Shown: one piece after another, positions 35,101-40,000 of the stretch
How positions within the stretch are numbered: the first letter of the stretch is position 1
Layout of the letters: each line of letters starts with the position of its first letter
NCBI GenBank assembly: GCA_030426385.1
Contig: JAUHYI010000028.1
Span: 10,032 to 50,031 of the forward strand
DNA length: 40,000 nucleotides
Origin: Phycisphaerae bacterium
GTDB taxonomy: Bacteria > Planctomycetota > Phycisphaerae > Phycisphaerales > Phycisphaeraceae
Direction of reading: 5' to 3'
Made by a program: the position numbers and the translations under genes
The notes under the pieces: generated by a model
The model's database searches: none
Told to the model about the DNA's origin: nothing
The model's input: only the letters and a program-made list of their open reading frames with translations

Positions 35101-36611
35101 CGTGTGCCGATGTAGATTTCTACCAGACGCAGACGTCCGGGAATGTAATTCGGCTGGGCTTTGATCACCGTCAACAAACGCTCAGCAGCCGCGCCGGAGG
35201 TTCCCATTTTGCGATGGGCTTCGGCAGCGAGTACGAGGGTTTCCATGTGACTGCCGCCGAACTGCGTGTTGGCGACTTCAAGTTTTTCAATGGCATCAAC
35301 CCATTGGCCACGCTCGATCGCCACGCGTCCGGACAACAGGTTCACAATGCCGCTGTCACCACTGGTGTCACGCAATTCCTTGATCAGATCATCAACGCGT
35401 GCCAACAGTTCTTTACGCTCTTCGAGCGATTTGTTTTGGGCCTGGACCAATAGCAATGTGGCGCTTTGCTCCGCCGCCACGTAACGATATTGCGAAACCA
35501 TCAGTGCCTGAAGCGGGTCGGTCTTGTAGGTCGTTTGGCGAATGTCGTCGAAAATTTCGTAAGCCTCGTCAGACTTTTGCGACAGCCGCAACATTCGCCC
35601 GTATGCGAGTTTCAAACGCAACGCTTTGGGGTTGGCTTCCACAGATTTGGCTAACAAGGCGACCGCACGTTCGAGGCCCTGGCTCCAACGCGTGTTGTCC
35701 GCATCCTGATCAGAAGGCTCAGGGAATAGTTGGATCATCAACTCGACAATGCCAAGTATCGTGTTGGGCTGATCCAGATAATTGTCGGCTTGCGATTCGA
35801 GTTGGAGCACCACTTCGCGGGCATCTTTTTCTTCGTCGGCTTGTTGCAAGGTGCGCGTCAGTTGCAACAACGGCTCAGGATTGTCCGGATTTTTTTGGCT
35901 GGCTTCACGCAGTATGTTGATCGCAGTAATGCGATGGCTTTCGACGTCATCGAAACGGATGCCGGTCTTTTTGATGCGCGCTGCTTCGGCTAAATGCCAT
36001 TTCGCGTCGGCATAGATCGTCTCCAGATCGTCGGGCAGTTGTGCGAGGACAAAATCAATATCCTGACGTGTCAGTTCCCGTTCTGTCTGATTCAGGTCCA
36101 GGGTGTTCAGGCGTTCAACCTGTGCGATGGCTCGATACTTTCGGGCTAACAGATTGTCGGGCTGACTACCCAGCAACGAGGTGGTGCGTTCGTAAACGCG
36201 CTCCCACACTCGCGTATCGTTCATTTCTCGGCCCAAGGAAATGAACATCTCCATCAGGCGCGTCATCGCTTCTTCGTTGGTCGGATCAATATTGAGCGCT
36301 CGGCCCCACCAGTTACGCATCTGATCGATCAGACTGCGAGCTTGTTTGGTATCCGATATCTGGAACTTGCTGACCGTGTCGGTGTAACGCAGAATCAACT
36401 CGAGATTGTTCTTGTCCACCTTCAACGCTCGGCCATACTGCTGAGCGGCACGTTCATAATCGCCTTGCCGATAAAAACTGTCCGCACGAGCGATATACTC
36501 GGCAGGATCGGTCTTGGCAGTTACCCACCAGGCGGCAATGACACCACCACCGGCCATCAGTAGGATAGCGATCAATAAAACAACGAATTTTGTATTAACT
36601 CGGCCTGCCAT
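32130..36611 (-). CDS. Very large membrane-anchored TPR-repeat protein (PrsT-like, EPS/exosortase-associated)
   Basis: N-terminal TM anchor FVVLLIAILLMAGGGVIAAWWV, followed by dozens of 34-aa TPR-like repeats (recurrent A..Y..AL...P.N, G.Y..A...). Confidence 0.85.
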   Translation of the reverse strand: MAGRVNTKFVVLLIAILLMAGGGVIAAWWVTAKTDPAEYIARADSFYRQGDYERAAQQYGRALKVDKNNLELILRYTDTVSKFQISDTKQARSLIDQMRNWWGRALNIDPTNEEAMTRLMEMFISLGREMNDTRVWERVYERTTSLLGSQPDNLLARKYRAIAQVERLNTLDLNQTERELTRQDIDFVLAQLPDDLETIYADAKWHLAEAARIKKTGIRFDDVESHRITAINILREASQKNPDNPEPLLQLTRTLQQADEEKDAREVVLQLESQADNYLDQPNTILGIVELMIQLFPEPSDQDADNTRWSQGLERAVALLAKSVEANPKALRLKLAYGRMLRLSQKSDEAYEIFDDIRQTTYKTDPLQALMVSQYRYVAAEQSATLLLVQAQNKSLEERKELLARVDDLIKELRDTSGDSGIVNLLSGRVAIERGQWVDAIEKLEVANTQFGGSHMETLVLAAEAHRKMGTSGAAAERLLTVIKAQPNYIPGRLRLVEIYIGTRQLDLARQQLEYCLQNEPGNKIARQLKVQLLMAEQKYSDAIDLLESIGAADDPALAQILIRVYYKADRKDEALALAGARFEAEPTNTSLLQMVLQLDPDNKQLYLDRAKQAGTTEQVLNLMASQFDSSIDTMALLTEQIDSTSQTPIQKHLNKYRLLVASNRVEDAEKELVAAETIDATHPLIVQIRFEEALQNEDYDTARNLAQVASKQNLDRVQGLVYRGRLELAEQRINLAVTSLKRASKLNSLDATVWRVLGDALMAQGDYASARDAYQEALRLKPDTAAVHRGMALAFNALGDFSSALLHFKQASDYATGNTNLLNTYLAYEREHGDSMKVLEYRRKQAKDNPKDIVNRRTLAVLLADIDKPIEAQQTLDAIVAEEGMNRANVLTQAQLKRAAGDLEGTRQTLIDYTSKLGDDAQSIDWLMAGRFMQQMGEVDTALAYYRASRKVEDPSIQEGTRQLADALFSLQRNEDAIELYRELMKNKNNDNRVGLRLAEALLRQNQIDEAEKTLDQAMQNESPSASSLMLRGMIARTRGRFQDSIGYFDKAAEMVPNNPTVYFERATSLLQIPGQEAQAITQLNRAININPAMIQARIKLVELYTSRQDFTLATTEARKLLEYAPEYNQVRHMLVRLYQAAGRTTLLRDLLKESREMFPDDPSWLTYQVQFDLQAKRIDSAIGFQKELVKLNATPKTVADLTQMLINHNKLRDALATLQAHEEHVQNQPIMLALRGHTKAKLSQAEEARQDFATAMEQCRSIQQVLIVANQMEQAWGKDQLLGELSKLELPAQSDWLELAKSQFEANKQLYSAAIARLEPISFIQGSPEQIMADRLRAICYYQQQIFEPSRAAYERILEVVPEDVASLNNLAYLLCEDLNLPEQALPLAEKANEIVESRPSSQGDPQLLDTLGWIYYRLKRYQEAERTLQMSLSIEPIAPAAYHLAMTMIQDGRLIEARNLLNQALDLAKSTNDQEILDLTTQRMAELETQ

Positions 36612-36669
36612 GGCAATATTCCTCTAGGCTCATCGGGTCATCCCGCGTATCAGTTAATCGATCCTCAAT

Positions 36670-36764
36670 CCCCCCCACATCCCCCCCACATCCCCCCCAC
36701 ATCCCCCCCACATCCCCCCCACATTTCCCCCGCATTCAACCCCCTACATCCCCCGCATTTTCCC
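36670..36764 (-). repeat. Five perfect 11-nt units (GGGGGGGATGT on the minus strand) plus degenerate units; G-quadruplex-capable
   Basis: Plus strand C7ACAT x5 at 36670-36724, then ttcccccgcattcaaccccctacatcccccgcattttccc. It lies about 60-155 nt upstream of the TPR start (36611), on that gene's sense strand. Confidence 0.9.
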
Positions 36765-36988
36765 TGGTCTGGTACACCCGCTATTTTTTTCGATCCAATT
36801 CCCCGCCTGTTATTTGTTTCGTGGTTTTTATTGGCCACATTTAGTGTGGTTTGCCATTTTGTGTTTCACGTTGGCGGTTGTATTGGACTTTTACAGGTGA
36901 TATTTCATGTCGGTTTTTACGTGTACACGTTTTTTCGGTTAATTCGTGGGGCACGATTGGTCGTTATGGCTTTGGTTTTTGCGATGGC

Positions 36989-39358
36989 TTAGCTCCCCGG
37001 CTCATGATCAGTGTAGGCGACTTGGTTGGCGGGGTTATCAGTGGATTGGTTCGCGGGCCAGAGGCCGGCTTTGACATCTACCCAATCAGGCAAACAGGCG
37101 AGCACTTCGGGCATTGCTTGCGACAAAAATTTCGAGGCAATTTCGCGGGCCTTCTCCGGGTCTTCGACCTGATGGACCAGCACTTCGATTTTGCAGTAAT
37201 AGCTGTATTGATCGCGCAGATCGAATCCCTGCAATCGCACATGATCGGGCGTCGGCAGGAACTTGCCATTGGCGCTGAAAAAATAGATGACGTTCGATGC
37301 CGGAATCGCTTGCGTACGTTGGGCGCTCTGGGCTGGGCTGAATGTAAAAATCGTGGCAGGAATATCAAGCCTGGCGACACGCACCGGCTTGTCGGCGATT
37401 TCGGAAAAGGCGACGATTTCTTCCTGGTTCTGCGCGTCGTGTTGGGTTTGGTATTGCGAGCCGGACAACGTGACGTCGGCGATGGTTTTGTTGATCGCTG
37501 CGGCGCCGCCTGCCACGAAACATCGATCGGGCACATGCGGGACGGTGTCGGCATCGCCGGTGTAGTAGGCCACGTGTAAACGCACGATCGAGCCGGGCGT
37601 ATTTTCAGGCAGGCTGGTGTCCATGTAGGTCCGGCTGAGGTATTGCTCGGTGCCCAGCTCTTCGAGAATTTCGGCGCTCATCAAATCGTCTTTGCCAATT
37701 TGTTCATAAGTCCCCAGGACGCTGGGCACGTAGACCCAGAAGGGTGATTTACGCAACGGCACGGGTTGCTTGATCAACACAACTTGCATGGCTGAGACGG
37801 TGCTGGTCAGTCCGAAAATGCCCACGACCAAAATCGCCAAGGTCAGACTCAGCGCCGCATAGGACGGTTGACGATAGCTGGCTCGCAATTCCGGTCGCAG
37901 TAACTTCCAGGTCAGCCAACTCAGCACCAGCATGCCCAGGCACGCGGTGATCAACATGGTCAACATGACCGGCTTGTTCGAATAGGGCACCAGGTCGGGT
38001 CGTATTTGCGAGACGATGCCCAACACGATGACGCTGACGAGCATGATCATGCCCAGGCCTGCGCCCAAACCCCATATGATGCGCGCGGTGGGTTTGGTTT
38101 GCCCGTTATGTGTTGGCGATGCGTTGCGATCGGTTCCGGCTTGGTGGTTGGCCAGCCAGATCACCATGTGATACAGCAGAACGACCAGTCCGACTGGAGA
38201 GCGCACCTGTCGGCACAGGGTGCCCAGATTGATGTCATCCTCGCTGGAGGCGCGGTGTGAGTTGGCGGACGTTTGTTCAGACTTGGTGGTGCGTGGGGTT
38301 GACTGAGGTGTGGTGGCCGTGGTGGGTGAGGTTGTGGGTGAGGTTGTGGGGGAGGTGGGGGGTGAGGTGGGGGATGTGGGTGGGGGGTCGGTCACGATGA
38401 TGTGATCGAGAACCCAGCCGAGTAACAGGAACAAGCCCGCGGCGGGAATGAGCATGAGCATGCCGACGAAGGTGTGGAAGCTGCCCTTGGCCAGTTCGGG
38501 GTAATAGATGTGCAGCAAGCCGAGTGTGGTGACGCGGGCGATGTTGATCGAGACGGCGATGGGAACCGCCAGGGCGACCATGATCAAGCGTTGCCACCAT
38601 GTGCGGGGAATGAGAAACGCCAGCGCGACGCCCAGCGATAAAAACGCTGCGAGCATGCGTAACCCGGAACAAGCTTCGGCCACATTGAGCGGATCACTGC
38701 TGATCCATTCGCCGTTGCGATAGAAACTCAGATCGATGGTGGACCCGCGATTTTCGACATCGAAATTAAACAGCATGCCCAGCAATTTGAGGATGACCGT
38801 CGAGGTGCCAGCGGCGATCAATTGCAGTTTCCAAGCGATCTGTTCCCAGATGCGATCGGAGACCTTGACCGCGAAACTCAGGAACAGAATCGGAAACCAC
38901 AAGTAGCGCATCATACGCGGACCCAACAGGAATAACACCATGCCGAACAGGGCAATGATCATGCTGTAACCGCTGAGCATGTCGTTGCGTCCCGGTCCCA
39001 GCCACCAGGCATAGCTGGCAATGCCGAGCAGAAAAAATACCAGCCCAGGCAGGAAAACCTGACGGGGGGTTTGCAAGAGTGTCTCGCGATGTTGGTAGAT
39101 GTAGATGGCGCTGATGAACGGAATGATCAGGGCATGGGACCAGTCGCGATTCCACGTGGCTCCGGGAATGCTAAGGAGCACTTCGAATAGATTCGCCCCT
39201 TGGCCGTTGGTGGCGATGCGTAACATGCGTTCGAGGAAGTGGCCATGGAGAATGACAAACAGCACGCCCAACAGCGCGATCCACAGCCACGTTCGATGCG
39301 AGAGCGCCGAGCGGGTTCGCTGGTGTTTGTTGATGTGACTGATACTCGTGGTGCTCAT
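36989..39358 (-). CDS. Exosortase (EpsH/Xrt family) fused to a C-terminal EpsI-family domain
   Basis: The N-terminal polytopic domain has the exosortase catalytic motifs EACSGLR, NIARV and FHTFVG. A P/T/S linker and extra TM helices follow. The C-terminal EpsI-like domain has AYYTGDADTVPHVPDRCFVAGG. Confidence 0.85.
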   Translation of the reverse strand: MSTTSISHINKHQRTRSALSHRTWLWIALLGVLFVILHGHFLERMLRIATNGQGANLFEVLLSIPGATWNRDWSHALIIPFISAIYIYQHRETLLQTPRQVFLPGLVFFLLGIASYAWWLGPGRNDMLSGYSMIIALFGMVLFLLGPRMMRYLWFPILFLSFAVKVSDRIWEQIAWKLQLIAAGTSTVILKLLGMLFNFDVENRGSTIDLSFYRNGEWISSDPLNVAEACSGLRMLAAFLSLGVALAFLIPRTWWQRLIMVALAVPIAVSINIARVTTLGLLHIYYPELAKGSFHTFVGMLMLIPAAGLFLLLGWVLDHIIVTDPPPTSPTSPPTSPTTSPTTSPTTATTPQSTPRTTKSEQTSANSHRASSEDDINLGTLCRQVRSPVGLVVLLYHMVIWLANHQAGTDRNASPTHNGQTKPTARIIWGLGAGLGMIMLVSVIVLGIVSQIRPDLVPYSNKPVMLTMLITACLGMLVLSWLTWKLLRPELRASYRQPSYAALSLTLAILVVGIFGLTSTVSAMQVVLIKQPVPLRKSPFWVYVPSVLGTYEQIGKDDLMSAEILEELGTEQYLSRTYMDTSLPENTPGSIVRLHVAYYTGDADTVPHVPDRCFVAGGAAAINKTIADVTLSGSQYQTQHDAQNQEEIVAFSEIADKPVRVARLDIPATIFTFSPAQSAQRTQAIPASNVIYFFSANGKFLPTPDHVRLQGFDLRDQYSYYCKIEVLVHQVEDPEKAREIASKFLSQAMPEVLACLPDWVDVKAGLWPANQSTDNPANQVAYTDHEPGS
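38300..38388 (+). repeat. 12-nt G-rich tandem repeat inside the exosortase gene (coding strand C-rich)
   Basis: gtgggtgaggtt gtgggtgaggtt gtgggggaggtg gggggtgaggtg ggggatgtgggt gggggg; encodes PPPTSPTSPPTSPTTSPTTSPTT on the minus strand. Confidence 0.8.
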
Positions 39359-39924
39359 CTACCCTGTTGGACTCGATTGGTGTTACGACAGTGTTAGGCG
39401 ATCTATAAAAACAGGTCTAGCCTGAATTTTTCTCCCAAACATGTGGGGTTGGTGGGAAAACATGACGGCCGAGTGGCCAGCGTTTGAATCCCTGATTTTC
39501 TCTGATTTGGCGCTAATCTCAAAATTCGCATCTTGCCAATACACATCAAACTGAAAATTATCGGATGCGAACTCGATCAAAGCGCCATCATTTCAGCGGT
39601 GTGTGACCGTCAGCGTCATGGCTGGCGATACCGTGTTTATCGCCAATTTCGTGCCTAATCATGACCCTGACAAGCCAGAACAGCAAACAACGTCTTAATC
39701 TTACGCCGGTTTCGACCTGGAAGTTCGCCCGATATGGAAAAACATGGCTCGATTAACAATTGTCGACGGCGTGAAACTCATGGAGTCGGCCCGCATTTGT
39801 CTACATGATGGCGGGACTACGCTGGGTAGGGCTTTGCTAGGTGAGTGCAACCGGCGCGGTTAGAGCGTCTTGCAAAATTTCTGTCCTAACGATACTCACG
39901 CTGGACTGGTCATTTAATACCCAT

Positions 39925-39997
39925 CCCATTAAAAACTCGCGCGGCCTCAAATTTCCCTTCACACAAACTCCCGGTATTCACCGGGAGCTAATAAAAA
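39925..39997 (-). repeat. 73-bp repeat (right copy), inverted relative to 26025-26097; probably continues past the window end
   Basis: cccattaaaaactcgcgcggcctcaaatttcccttcacacaaactcccggtattcaccgggagctaataaaaa is the exact reverse complement of 26025-26097. One mismatch follows, then a further match up to position 40000. Confidence 0.85.
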
Positions 39998-40000
39998 ACT

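Noticed and set aside
36851-37579. 242-aa plus-strand ORF
   Set aside because: It is antisense to the well-supported EpsI-like C-terminal domain of the exosortase gene.
39383-39863. Small ORFs upstream of the exosortase gene (39383-39580 minus, 65 aa; 39744-39863 plus, 39 aa)
   Set aside because: They are short, lack recognisable motifs or convincing ribosome-binding sites, and lie in a probable promoter/5'-UTR region. They cannot be supported from sequence alone.
1-40000. Search by eye for tRNA/rRNA genes, transposases, integrases, toxin-antitoxin or known defence modules
   Set aside because: No T-arm/anticodon-arm-like cloverleaf candidates, no rRNA-like segments, and no ORF with recombinase, nuclease-defence or toxin motifs were found. 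The novelty here is in repeat architecture rather than a new protein system.

Overview
The window looks like a chromosomal segment from a Planctomycetota-like bacterium. This is inferred from gene content and TTG/GAA-rich codon usage; no database search was possible. There are four blocks. (1) 1-9.7 kb is housekeeping or miscellaneous. It holds a 681-codon acidic ORF that runs off the left edge and is missing from the ORF track, plus rsmE, a chlorite-dismutase-family protein, a eukaryote-type UDP-sugar pyrophosphorylase, a SET-domain protein, a SAM methyltransferase, a secreted protein and efp. (2) 9.7-20.8 kb is a divergent pair of operons for tetrahydromethanopterin (H4MPT) and methanofuran (MFR) cofactor synthesis and C1 transfer. 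The minus arm is mptG, DUF447, a DHPS-like gene and PCD. The plus arm is fhcD/ftr, fhcC, mch, a RimK-type ligase, and CitG-like, hydantoinase-A-like and amino-acid-kinase-like genes. mfnB is convergent. (3) 20.8-25.2 kb holds truD, ilvE, tsf and rpsB. (4) 26.2-39.4 kb is a co-oriented exopolysaccharide (EPS)/exosortase locus: a WecA-like transferase, an SDR epimerase, a Wzz/tyrosine autokinase, a 1493-aa TPR protein and an exosortase-EpsI fusion. No rRNA, tRNA, CRISPR array, transposase or recognisable defence system was seen. The unusual content is repeat architecture. (a) A polar 11-12-nt G-run repeat family (GGGGGGAAATGT-like) sits in intergenic DNA and also in frame inside at least four conserved enzymes, with the same strand in the C-rich sense as Pro/Thr/Ser stretches in two further proteins. 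(b) An ~80-bp double-hairpin palindromic element occurs in three copies, one bracketed by a 10-bp direct repeat inside a CDS. (c) A perfect 73-bp inverted repeat brackets the whole EPS/exosortase locus. (d) Phased 16-bp, 20-bp and 7-bp repeat arrays occupy the long intergenic regions.
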